A stretch of 43,875 nucleotides of DNA from an archaeon (GCA_037140195.1 JBAXEZ010000002.1:1-43875); one strand, 5' to 3'. Shown: positions 24,877-33,533, counted from the first letter of the stretch. Made by a program: numbers and translations. The notes: generated by a model from the sequence alone, not told the origin.

Positions 24877-26340
24877 TTAAGATTTTTCTTCGTAGTTCTT
24901 TCTTAATAAATCATAAAATCTTTTCATTTCGTTTTGACCTGCCACTTTCAGAACATCAAGTTCTGGTGCAAAAATTTCCGTGTATCTGTCTCTTCGTCTT
25001 ATCAGTCTTGTTTTACCGTCTTTGTTAATCATAATAATGGGGGGTCTTCTTAGGTTGTTGAAGTTTGAGCTTAACACGTTACTATACGATCCACAGTCCA
25101 TAACAACTAGAAGATCTTCCTTTGATAGTTCGGGCATTTTCTGACAGGTTGCTATTAGATCAATGCAATCACAGGTACAGCCCGCAATGTCATATTTTTT
25201 TGTAGATTTTGTTCTCATTTTATTACCTGGTAAAATTTCATAGTCACAGTGTGATATCAAGATGTCTGGAAACATAGAGTAACAAGAGCCGTCGGTAATG
25301 ACAATTTCTTTATTACCTAAATTCTTTTTACTAATCACTTTTACAATACCGATTCCGGAGTTTGCAACGAGTGATTTTCCGGGTTCAAAAATTAAAGTTG
25401 GTAGGGGGATTTCTTTTTTAGCACAAAGTTGTTTGAAGAATGGAACAAATACTTCTCCTAAATCTCCTGGCGTAAAATATTTTCCCGGGCAATAGGTTTT
25501 CGGGGCTACGGTTGGAAAACCTCCTCCGAAGTCTAACATTTCTATTGCAATACCTTGTTTTTTTGCATACACTGCTAAATCTGTAAGTTTTTTTGCGGCT
25601 AATAAATATCCTTTAAAATTATAGGCGTAAGATCCGTGGAAATGAAATCCTTTTAGTTGAATTAAAGGATAATTGCTTACTTTAACAATGGCTTTTTTTG
25701 CATAATTGTACGGGATTCCGTATTGTTGTTTTTTTGTTGTAAACTTTCCATCGTTAATCATTGGATTTACTCTGAGCATGATTGGAATTAATTTGTTTAG
25801 TTTTTTACTTGCTTTAATTACTACTTCTAATTCTTCTAAAGAATCTACAGTTATTGCATTAACACCAATAGAAACTGCGAACATAACATCTTTTTCTGTT
25901 TTGTATAAATTAGTAAATGTTATTTGTTTTGGTGTAAAATCTGCAAGCAGTCCAAGAATTATTTCTCCCACACTACTTGCGTCAAAGTCTAAGCCTTCTT
26001 CTCTCATTATTCTAAGTACTTCTAGTGTGGAATTACATTTACATGCATATTGTGGTCTAAAAAATGGATAGTCAAAACTTTCTTTGAAAATTCTACATTT
26101 TTCTCTTATTTCTTCTTCTACTAAGAGGTAAACTGGTGAACCATATTTTTTTACGATTTCATTAACGCTAACTCCTTCTATTAAAAGATTTCCTTTGTTA
26201 TCTTGACTGATAAAATGTTTCCAACGCTGTCTTAGATATTTTCTAGAAATGTTTTTTCTTTCGCTTTTCTTTTTAGGTTCTAGGTTTGGAACGACTCCAT
26301 TTTCAAGAGTGCTCATAATGTCTATATTCTCTTCCGGCAT
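24877..26340 (-). CDS. PLP-dependent Orn/DAP/Arg decarboxylase family enzyme (alanine-racemase fold); substrate unresolved
   Basis: YACKCNS (PLP-lysine motif), HFHGS, DFGGGF, EPGKSLVANSG, IAGCTCDCIDL. N- and C-terminal extensions relative to typical LysA. Confidence 0.85.
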   Translation of the reverse strand: MPEENIDIMSTLENGVVPNLEPKKKSERKNISRKYLRQRWKHFISQDNKGNLLIEGVSVNEIVKKYGSPVYLLVEEEIREKCRIFKESFDYPFFRPQYACKCNSTLEVLRIMREEGLDFDASSVGEIILGLLADFTPKQITFTNLYKTEKDVMFAVSIGVNAITVDSLEELEVVIKASKKLNKLIPIMLRVNPMINDGKFTTKKQQYGIPYNYAKKAIVKVSNYPLIQLKGFHFHGSYAYNFKGYLLAAKKLTDLAVYAKKQGIAIEMLDFGGGFPTVAPKTYCPGKYFTPGDLGEVFVPFFKQLCAKKEIPLPTLIFEPGKSLVANSGIGIVKVISKKNLGNKEIVITDGSCYSMFPDILISHCDYEILPGNKMRTKSTKKYDIAGCTCDCIDLIATCQKMPELSKEDLLVVMDCGSYSNVLSSNFNNLRRPPIIMINKDGKTRLIRRRDRYTEIFAPELDVLKVAGQNEMKRFYDLLRKNYEEKS

Positions 26341-26431
26341 GTTATTAGTTATTCTACATTTGTTCTATTTAAATATTCACTAAAGGTGTAAATTTAGGCA
26401 GAATTAAAAAGGTCTTTGATTAAGTATCTTT

Positions 26432-26938
26432 ATGACAAAACATACTCTAGTTATTATTCGTGGACCGGTGGGAGTTGGGAAAACCGCAATTAGTAATATT
26501 CTTACTAAGAAGATTAATGCAAAATACTTTTCTTTGGACAAGCTTCTAAAAAAGGAAAAATTAGACAGATTTGACCCTAAAGAGGGTTGTGTTCCCGCAG
26601 CAAATTTTTTAATGCTTCAAGAACAGATTTTGCCTGAAATACAAAAGCATCTAGAAAGGCAAGATGTTATTGTTAGTGGATCTTTTTATCATGGGTCACA
26701 ATTGGAATTTTTTCAAAAGAATATTCACTCTAATATGTTGCTTATTACTATGAAGGCAACTTTGGAAACTTGTATAAAAAGAAATAGTAAGGAAGAGATT
26801 CGATTAGGTGAGAACATGGTCAGAGCAATTTATAATTTAGTTTCTAGATTCGATGTCGGAACGATAATAGATGTTGAAGAGAAACCAAAATATCAGATAG
26901 TTGATCGGATTGAAGGCGTATTAAAAAGAATGAGATAA
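26432..26938 (+). CDS. P-loop NTPase or small kinase (AAA_33-like)
   Basis: Walker A IIRGPVGVGKTAIS. Size and layout resemble small nucleotide or metabolite kinases. Substrate unknown. Confidence 0.6.
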   Translation: MTKHTLVIIRGPVGVGKTAISNILTKKINAKYFSLDKLLKKEKLDRFDPKEGCVPAANFLMLQEQILPEIQKHLERQDVIVSGSFYHGSQLEFFQKNIHSNMLLITMKATLETCIKRNSKEEIRLGENMVRAIYNLVSRFDVGTIIDVEEKPKYQIVDRIEGVLKRMR

Positions 26939-27000
26939 TTAGTTTTTTAGCGTGTCGATGGATTTATAAATATTGGATTAGATACTATTTTATACAAAAG

Positions 27001-27183
27001 ATGGCGATAATCAAAGTTGATAAAAAATTGTGTATCGGATGCGGAGCTTGTGCTTCTATGTGTTCAGATATTTTCGAGATGAAAGGCGGAAAGTCTGTGG
27101 TCAAGAAAGCTAAAGTTGAAGATGCTACTTGTGCTAAAGATGCTGAGTCTGCTTGTCCTGTTGGTGCGATAAGTGTTAAATAG
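27001..27183 (+). CDS. fdx: Small single-cluster ferredoxin (Pyrococcus/Thermotoga-type, 60 aa)
   Basis: CIGCGAC....C plus C-terminal ACPVGAISV. Classic CxxCxxC...CP ligand pattern. Confidence 0.85.
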   Translation: MAIIKVDKKLCIGCGACASMCSDIFEMKGGKSVVKKAKVEDATCAKDAESACPVGAISVK

Positions 27184-27184
27184 T

Positions 27185-27964
27185 TTATCTCTTAAACAAA
27201 GTCCTTTTAGCGGTTCCGTTAATTATTTCTTCAAGGTTCGAGTTAACGTTTGAGATAATTAGCTCTTTATCTTGACTTAGTATTGTTTTTGCTGCATCGA
27301 GTTTTGTTTTGAAACCTCCATTTCCATGTTTGGATTTACCATTACAATAACTATACACTTCGTTATTAATTTCATAAACTCGTTCTACAAGTTCTCCAGA
27401 ACCATTTTTAAGGCCATCGTAATCATGGCCTAGAATTATTAATCTATCCCCTTTACAACTTAGCATAATTTCTGCTGCTAGTGTGTCGTTATCTTTTTTA
27501 ATTTCTTCGAAATCTATAGAATCATTATAGTTTATTAGAGTTAATCTTCCTTTTTTTAAATTTTCTATAATCAAATTTCTTATTTCTTCTGTTTGTTTGA
27601 GTTCCTTTTCGGTTACAAGAATCTGGCAGATATTTTTTTTGAACAGTTTTCCATAAAAATCCATTAATATCTTTTGACCGAGACTAGCGTAACCTTGAAG
27701 TTCTGTCGAACTTAATTGATCTTTATTTCTTGTTTCTTCTTCAGAATACCTGCCCATGGCTATGGCTCCGGATACAATAAGAACGTTTTGGTTTGTGTCG
27801 TTTTCTATTTCATTTGCTTTTTTCTTAAGAACTTCGTAATTTAATTCTCCTTTCGAATTGAATAGGCAAGCAGAGCCTATTTTAATAAACTGAATAAAAT
27901 TGTTAGAGTCCTGATTACGCTGAAGGAATATAATCTGCGCCTTTTGTGAACGCCGATGCTCCAT
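27185..27964 (-). CDS. proB: Glutamate 5-kinase-like amino-acid kinase (no PUA domain)
   Basis: Matches ProB blocks by eye: IKIGS, VLIVSGAIAMGR, ASLGQ..L...Y..LF, INYNDSI, DNDTLAAEI, GNGGFKTKLDAAK. No proA is seen nearby. Confidence 0.75.
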   Translation of the reverse strand: MEHRRSQKAQIIFLQRNQDSNNFIQFIKIGSACLFNSKGELNYEVLKKKANEIENDTNQNVLIVSGAIAMGRYSEEETRNKDQLSSTELQGYASLGQKILMDFYGKLFKKNICQILVTEKELKQTEEIRNLIIENLKKGRLTLINYNDSIDFEEIKKDNDTLAAEIMLSCKGDRLIILGHDYDGLKNGSGELVERVYEINNEVYSYCNGKSKHGNGGFKTKLDAAKTILSQDKELIISNVNSNLEEIINGTAKRTLFKR

Positions 27965-28026
27965 TACTTACTTTTTGAATATTTGCGATTACCATAGTTT
28001 TGATTAGAATTGATCCTTCTTAAATT

Positions 28027-28881
28027 TTATGGTTTTCTAAAATTTATTCCTTCGGCTTTTTTTATCCAGCCTTTGTTGTGCTCGTGTATTGAGGCTCTTT
28101 TTGAGAATTTCATATAATTCTTTATTCTTTTTGTTTTTTCGGTAAGCTTTTTATCTTTCCCTATAAATGGTCCGCCAAGACAACCGCTAACACAAAAGTT
28201 TATGTCTAAAAATCTTATTTTCTTATTAGGCTTTTTTAAGTAGGCATCTAAGAACTTTTTTACTTTGTCTACTCCATCGATTATTTTTACTTCGTTTTTC
28301 TTTAGAACTCCCTTGAGATGTGCGGTTTTGCTTAGTCCTCCAGCAACTGGATAAATTTTAGTGTAGTCATTGTATAAACAGTCGAATTTTTCTATTGTTC
28401 CTTTATTAGTTTTTTTAACTGAGATTTTATTTTTTCCAAATAATTGTTTTAGTTGCTGGTAATCTATAACATAATCTATATATTTGGAGCTTTCAGCTTC
28501 TTGTTTTTTGAAGCTACAAGGAGAGATAAATATTCTTGTGTATTCGGGAAAATTTTTTTTGCAAATCTTTGCTGTTGCAATCATCGGGCTGTCTACTTTT
28601 ACTAGATTATCTTTAAATTGAGGATAGTTCGTTTCAATAAAAGTAGTAATTCCTGGACAAGCTGTAGAAATGTACATTTTTTTATTTTTTAAAATTTCAT
28701 GATATTCTCTATTAACCATTTTGGCTCCGAAAGTTAATTCTGTAACTTTTTTGAAACCTAATTCTTTTAGTGCGACTATGATTTCAGGATAATCGAATTC
28801 AGCAATGAAACTCGGTGCAAGCAAAGCTATGCATTCTTTTTCTCTTATTATTTTTTCAATTTTAAGTATGTCGTTTTTCAT
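28027..28881 (-). CDS. [FeFe]-hydrogenase H-domain-only protein (HydA-like, 284 aa)
   Basis: Collinear with the H-cluster domain: IALLAPSF, LGFKKVTELTFGAKM, ISTACPG (P1; Cys75 kept, preceding Cys is Ala74), ISPCSFKKQE (P2; Cys122, Lys125, Glu128), PVAGG, FLDINFCVSGCLGGP (P3; Cys230, Cys234). No N-terminal ferredoxin-like domain. Confidence 0.8.
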   Translation of the reverse strand: MKNDILKIEKIIREKECIALLAPSFIAEFDYPEIIVALKELGFKKVTELTFGAKMVNREYHEILKNKKMYISTACPGITTFIETNYPQFKDNLVKVDSPMIATAKICKKNFPEYTRIFISPCSFKKQEAESSKYIDYVIDYQQLKQLFGKNKISVKKTNKGTIEKFDCLYNDYTKIYPVAGGLSKTAHLKGVLKKNEVKIIDGVDKVKKFLDAYLKKPNKKIRFLDINFCVSGCLGGPFIGKDKKLTEKTKRIKNYMKFSKRASIHEHNKGWIKKAEGINFRKP

Positions 28882-30044
28882 TTTCTCTTTTTTTGATTCT
28901 CAATTTTTTTCTCTGCTTTTCTTACTACATAAAGTGAAGTCATCGATATTATTCCTAGAACTGCAAGATATATGAACATTGCGGAATTGTTTAGGTCCCA
29001 GATAAATCCTGCTATTAGTCCTCCAAATATTGCGGAAAGACCTCTAATGAAGTAGAAATATCCCATTGCTGTGCCCTTTTCTTTTCCAGCCAAGTCTGCG
29101 ACAACTGCTTTTTGTACTGGTTCTGTCATTGCAGATACAAATCCATAAAGTATGAACAATATTGTGATTGCAATTAAAGAATTAAAATATGCGAATCCTA
29201 AGCAAACAAGTGCGAATAGAAGATATCCGCAGATAAGAGTTAGCCTTTTTCCAAATTTGTCCGCTACTTTTCCAATAGGGTTAGCTGAAAGAGCATAAAC
29301 TAAATTAAATATTGCGTAAAGTACTAGGGGGATGATTTCATTTCCGGAAATATTTTTTGCCGTTACTAAAATAAACATATACAAACCAAAATTTGCGAAT
29401 GCGAATAATGCTATTAGATATATTGCTCTTTTTAATTTCCTGTCGAGTTTTGAAACTCCTTGTAATAATGTGGCTTTTAGAGGATAGGACTTTACGTCTT
29501 TTACAAAGAAGAGAGGTATTAGTGAGAACATTGTTATGAATGCTGCTGCGAAAACTATTGTTCTGAAGTTCCAATGCAATAACCAAAATATTAAAATAAC
29601 TATAATGGTCCCTAGTGCACCGCCAAGGCTATCGAACGTTTGATGTAGTCCGAAGGTGTTTGCGTGTTTACCTTTCATTCTTGCTATAATTGCGTCTCGT
29701 GGTGGATCTCTTATTTTGCCCACCCTTTCTAATGAAACAGCCGTAATAATTTGTGTTGTCGTTTGTGCAAATCCTATAAAAAATTTTAAAATTATAGAAA
29801 GCATATAGCCTATAAATACGATTTCTTTTCTTTTTCCGATCTTGTCAGAGAACCAACCTCCAAATAGTTTTAGAAGACTTGAAAGTCCTTCTCTTAGTCC
29901 ACTTATTAATCCCATTGTGACTCCGCCGCCACCGAGTGAGCTGATAAAAAAAGGTAAAATCGGAGAAATCATCTCACTACCCATATCGTTAAACATACTA
30001 GAAGAACCTAAAAGATAAATATTTTTTTTGTTCTGTTTCCGCAT
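28878..30044 (-). CDS. MFS transporter
   Basis: About 12 hydrophobic segments. MFS loop motif GGWFSDKIGKRK. Its stop overlaps the HydA-like start by 4 nt. Confidence 0.85.
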   Translation of the reverse strand: MRKQNKKNIYLLGSSSMFNDMGSEMISPILPFFISSLGGGGVTMGLISGLREGLSSLLKLFGGWFSDKIGKRKEIVFIGYMLSIILKFFIGFAQTTTQIITAVSLERVGKIRDPPRDAIIARMKGKHANTFGLHQTFDSLGGALGTIIVILIFWLLHWNFRTIVFAAAFITMFSLIPLFFVKDVKSYPLKATLLQGVSKLDRKLKRAIYLIALFAFANFGLYMFILVTAKNISGNEIIPLVLYAIFNLVYALSANPIGKVADKFGKRLTLICGYLLFALVCLGFAYFNSLIAITILFILYGFVSAMTEPVQKAVVADLAGKEKGTAMGYFYFIRGLSAIFGGLIAGFIWDLNNSAMFIYLAVLGIISMTSLYVVRKAEKKIENQKKRK

Positions 30045-30126
30045 TAGTTTACTAGTAGAAATGTATTTTTAAGGATTGTTAATTTAGTGCAGCAATTCTT
30101 ATAAAGGTAATTTGTTCTTTTTTAGG

Positions 30127-30612
30127 ATGGCTGAAGCCCAAGAAGTTATACCAATGGAAAAAGATACTACTGTCTTAGAGATTGAACAGCATGTAATTGG
30201 TCTTGTTGGATGTATGGAAAGGAACTTCCAAAAAGAGTTTGGGCTAGGATTTTTGAAAGCTGATGAGAAATATGTAAAGTATATTCTAGAATCTCACTCG
30301 TTTTCGGGTGTTGGAGGTCATTTTGATGGTTATTTATGGGCAAGTAGTTCTCCAGATATGGATTTTAGATATCTAACTAAATCTACGATACTATCTGATT
30401 GGTCTGACTCTTTTCGTTCGAATGCAAAAGAGTCTAGTAGAAATATTCGGAGTAGGTGGATTGGGGTTCTCAATGAACGAAATGGGCAAGTTGAATTTAG
30501 TTCGGAAGGTAGAGAATATACGGTAGTGTTAAATAAACCTGTTAATTTAGAAGATGCGATAAAAACAGTTTATTCTAGTGTACTTTGTAGAGGATTATTA
30601 CTCCCTCGTTAG
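30127..30612 (+). CDS. Hypothetical protein (161 aa from ATG 30127)
   Basis: The ORF track starts at TTG 30112. ATG 30127 lies ~22 nt downstream of cTTATAAAgg. No recognisable motif. Confidence 0.5.
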   Translation: MAEAQEVIPMEKDTTVLEIEQHVIGLVGCMERNFQKEFGLGFLKADEKYVKYILESHSFSGVGGHFDGYLWASSSPDMDFRYLTKSTILSDWSDSFRSNAKESSRNIRSRWIGVLNERNGQVEFSSEGREYTVVLNKPVNLEDAIKTVYSSVLCRGLLLPR

Positions 30613-30734
30613 CTTAGTTAGTAAAGTTGGATTTTTTACGGAAAACTAACTGCTTAATTTTCTTTCTTTTTAATACAACAAAGCTTTTTAAACGTTTAAA
30701 CTATCGAAATAATAGTTAATATAGTAGCAATAGT

Positions 30735-30786
30735 GCCCACATCGCATAAGGATAGATATCCTTCTACTCCAAATCCAATGTGGACG
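30735..30786 (+). pseudogene. tRNA-like fragment: first 14 nt of tRNA-Ser, a short hairpin and an acceptor-like 3' strand
   Basis: GCCCACATCGCATA is identical to 30801-30814, followed by AGGATAGATATCCT (hairpin) and ...TGTGGACG (compare TGTGGGCG at the end of the real gene). Confidence 0.4.
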
Positions 30787-30800
30787 AACAATCGCAATAA

Positions 30801-30883
30801 GCCCACATCGCATAGTGGTATTGCATCGGATTGCTAATCCGAGCCCTTTACTGGGCCCGGGGGTTCGATTCCCCCTGTGGGCG
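30801..30883 (+). tRNA. tRNA-Ser (anticodon GCT), class II with a long variable arm
   Basis: Manual fold: GCCCACA-TC-GCA-TAGTGGTAT-TGC-A-TCGGA-TTGCTAA-TCCGA-[GCCCTTTACTGGGCCC]-GGGGG-TTCGATT-CCCCC-TGTGGGC-G. Confidence 0.9.
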
Positions 30884-31031
30884 TTTTATTTCTAGGGTCA
30901 TCGAACCCTTTTGCTTCGCAAAAATCCGACATTGATTTCTATGTTAGTATAAAAATAAACTCAATGTCGTCTAGGGGTGTCGCTTCCTCTTCTGACGTTG
31001 AATTTTTAAATGATAACTTCTTTATTTTATT

Positions 31032-31739
31032 ATGTCTAATTTAGTAAATTTGAGAAAAGAGTTAAAGTCTTTGGCTAATTTAGAGAAGGCTAAAATCTTG
31101 CAGGGTTTTTTTAAGACGGGGAAAGGTCAATATGGTGAAGGAGACGTTTTCTTGGGAATTGTTGTGCCTATACAGAGAATTGTTGCTAAGAAGCATTTGG
31201 ATTTGTCTTTTGAGGATTTGCAGAAGTTGATGGATAGTAAAATTCATGAGGAGAGGTTAGTTGCTTTAATGATTTTGGTTTTAAGGTATAAGATTACAGA
31301 TAGCAAAGATAAATTTAAGATTTTTAAATTTTATATGAAGAATTATAAAAATATCAACAATTGGGATTTGGTGGATTTGAGTGCGCCGAATATTGTGGGT
31401 AATTACTTGCTTGATAAAAAACGAGACATTTTGTATGAATTTGTAAATTCTAGTAATCTATGGAAAAAGAGAATTGCTATTCTTTCGACTTTTACATTTA
31501 TTAGAAAAAATCAATTTGAGGATACTTTGAAGATTTCAGAGACTTTGCTAGATGATAAACATGATTTAATTCATAAGGCCGTAGGTTGGATGTTGCGTGA
31601 AGTTGGAAAAAGGAATTTGAAAGTCGAAGAAGATTTCTTGAAAAAACACTACAAAAATATGCCGCGGACAATGTTAAGATATGCGATTGAAAAGTTTGAA
31701 GAGAAGAAGAGAAAAGCTTATTTGAATGGGGAGATATAG
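31032..31739 (+). CDS. DNA alkylation repair protein (AlkD-like HEAT-repeat glycosylase family)
   Basis: LQGFFKTGKGQYGEGDVFLGI, NNWDLVD, LWKKRIAI, GWMLRE. This pattern matches the DNA_alkylation family. Confidence 0.8.
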   Translation: MSNLVNLRKELKSLANLEKAKILQGFFKTGKGQYGEGDVFLGIVVPIQRIVAKKHLDLSFEDLQKLMDSKIHEERLVALMILVLRYKITDSKDKFKIFKFYMKNYKNINNWDLVDLSAPNIVGNYLLDKKRDILYEFVNSSNLWKKRIAILSTFTFIRKNQFEDTLKISETLLDDKHDLIHKAVGWMLREVGKRNLKVEEDFLKKHYKNMPRTMLRYAIEKFEEKKRKAYLNGEI

Positions 31740-31769
31740 TTTTATAAATGGACTTTTGATTTCTTGATT

Positions 31770-32204
31770 ATGGAAAATACTAAAGAGGGCGAGTGTCCTG
31801 AGAATGAAAAGCATCTGATGCAGAGTTGCGAAACTGGTAAAGATTGTTCTACGTGTAAGGGCAATTGTTGTCGATATGTAGTTATAGAACTCGATAAACC
31901 CGAAACTCTAGAGGATTTTGAATTTATTAAATGGTATGTGTGTCATAAGAATATTAACGTTTTTGTAGAAGAAGATGGTTGTTGGAATATAGAATTTTTA
32001 ACTCCGTGTGAACATTTGGGTGAAGATAATTTATGTAAAATTTATGAAAAGAGACCTCAGATATGTAGGGATTTTACCGTTGATGAATGCCCACATCATA
32101 ATGAATATATTGAGAAGCATAGTTTTCATACATTAGAAGACGTTGAAGATTATATAGAGAACGTTTGGAAACCAGAACAAGAAAAGAAAGAAGAGAGTAA
32201 ATAG
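31770..32204 (+). CDS. YkgJ/UPF0153-family zinc/iron-chelating CxxCxxCC protein
   Basis: CSTCKGNCCRY ... CEHL..DNLCKIYEKRPQICRDF. ATG 31770 is preferred over TTG 31764. Confidence 0.7.
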   Translation: MENTKEGECPENEKHLMQSCETGKDCSTCKGNCCRYVVIELDKPETLEDFEFIKWYVCHKNINVFVEEDGCWNIEFLTPCEHLGEDNLCKIYEKRPQICRDFTVDECPHHNEYIEKHSFHTLEDVEDYIENVWKPEQEKKEESK

Positions 32205-32290
32205 TTGAATGTAGAAAAATAGTTTTGTTTAAGTTCTAAGTAGTGAATATTCTCGGAAATCCTTAAATACCTTATTTTTATGAGTAAAGT

Positions 32291-32968
32291 ATGATAAGCA
32301 GAAGCGTAGCATTGTATGAAGTTCCAAAGACATGGGAAAGAGCAACAGTTTTGGATGATTCCTCTTGGAGTATATATTCTGACTCTGTTAAATCTAAATA
32401 TACTAATAAAACGGCAATACAAAATCTTTTAGAATTTGATTCTGTAAGTGGAGAATTAGCTGGTTCAAATATTCCTATGTTAGTTCATTTACAAGAACAT
32501 TGTTATTTAGGCGATGCGAGACTTGCAACAAGAAGTGATTTAGAAGATGTGAAAAAATTCAGTCCAGATCTATTATCTGGAAATCAGATAGATTTTGGAG
32601 TTGCATTAAGAGGAGAAAATGTTTCTTATGCACCGAACAAAACTTCTGCAACAAATTTAGTTTCTCAACTTAAACAAAGAGGAATAGAGCTCGGCAGTGG
32701 AAAGTTAATACCGCTTTCAGCATTGACACAAAGAGAAGATGCAAATTCCGGTTATGGTTTAACTCTAAGCTTAAAAGATGATATTTCTGCAGATTCTATT
32801 AAAGATTTAGCAGATTTCAAATGGGATTATATTACTAACGACGGTTTCGCTAGAGCCTTTCTCAACTGGGATTTTGGTTGGAGCTCCTATGATGATAATC
32901 TTGCTAGCTCGATCGACAGGGGCAGGGTAGTTGTTGTAGGGCCTGAAAACAGATTGCGAGTTATTTAA
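32291..32968 (+). CDS. Hypothetical protein (225 aa); possible distant relative of the 38846-41106 paralogues
   Basis: Clean ORF. By-eye motif echoes: GDARLATRSDL, IDFGV...VSYAPNKT, KLIPLS. Confidence 0.5.
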   Translation: MISRSVALYEVPKTWERATVLDDSSWSIYSDSVKSKYTNKTAIQNLLEFDSVSGELAGSNIPMLVHLQEHCYLGDARLATRSDLEDVKKFSPDLLSGNQIDFGVALRGENVSYAPNKTSATNLVSQLKQRGIELGSGKLIPLSALTQREDANSGYGLTLSLKDDISADSIKDLADFKWDYITNDGFARAFLNWDFGWSSYDDNLASSIDRGRVVVVGPENRLRVI

Positions 32969-33506
32969 TTACAACAGTTAGATTTTTAGCAGGTGGGCGA
33001 ATAAGGGAATACAATTTTTTTAAAAAATTCATAATTGCGTTTTTTTCTCTTTGACAATTTTCTTTTTCTTTAATATATTTTGTATCGCTTTCTAGATCTT
33101 TTTTATTGATGCATCTGCCATTATAACAAACTTTTCCTTCTGTAGTGCAATCATATTCTTTGAAAGCTATAATTGACTCATTTAAGAAGTTAGCTTCTTC
33201 CTTAATACAATACGCTTCCATGAGAATTTCTTTTTCAGGATGTTCGCAACTTTGTTTTTTGTTGGGGTTTGTTTGACAATAATCAAAATTATCTTCTGGC
33301 AGAGCAATTGAAGACTCTATTTCCCAGTTTATCTTTTTTAAAGTTAGAGTTCCATATGTGGAGTAGTTTAGTCCTCCGTCGGTGTCTACGCAACTTACTA
33401 TTTGTACTGGGAAATTTGGTTCTGGTGCTGGTGGGATGTCTTGTGCGTAAACAAAATTAATAAAAACGCTTAAAATAAAGATTGCTAAAAATATTTGTAT
33501 TTTCAT
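32961..33506 (-). CDS. Secreted Cys-rich protein (181 aa)
   Basis: Signal-like MKIQIFLAIFILSVFINFVYA, CVDTDGG motif, 10 Cys. Confidence 0.6.
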   Translation of the reverse strand: MKIQIFLAIFILSVFINFVYAQDIPPAPEPNFPVQIVSCVDTDGGLNYSTYGTLTLKKINWEIESSIALPEDNFDYCQTNPNKKQSCEHPEKEILMEAYCIKEEANFLNESIIAFKEYDCTTEGKVCYNGRCINKKDLESDTKYIKEKENCQREKNAIMNFLKKLYSLIRPPAKNLTVVIK

Positions 33507-33533
33507 ATTGGGTAGTTGTTCTATTTTTTATAC

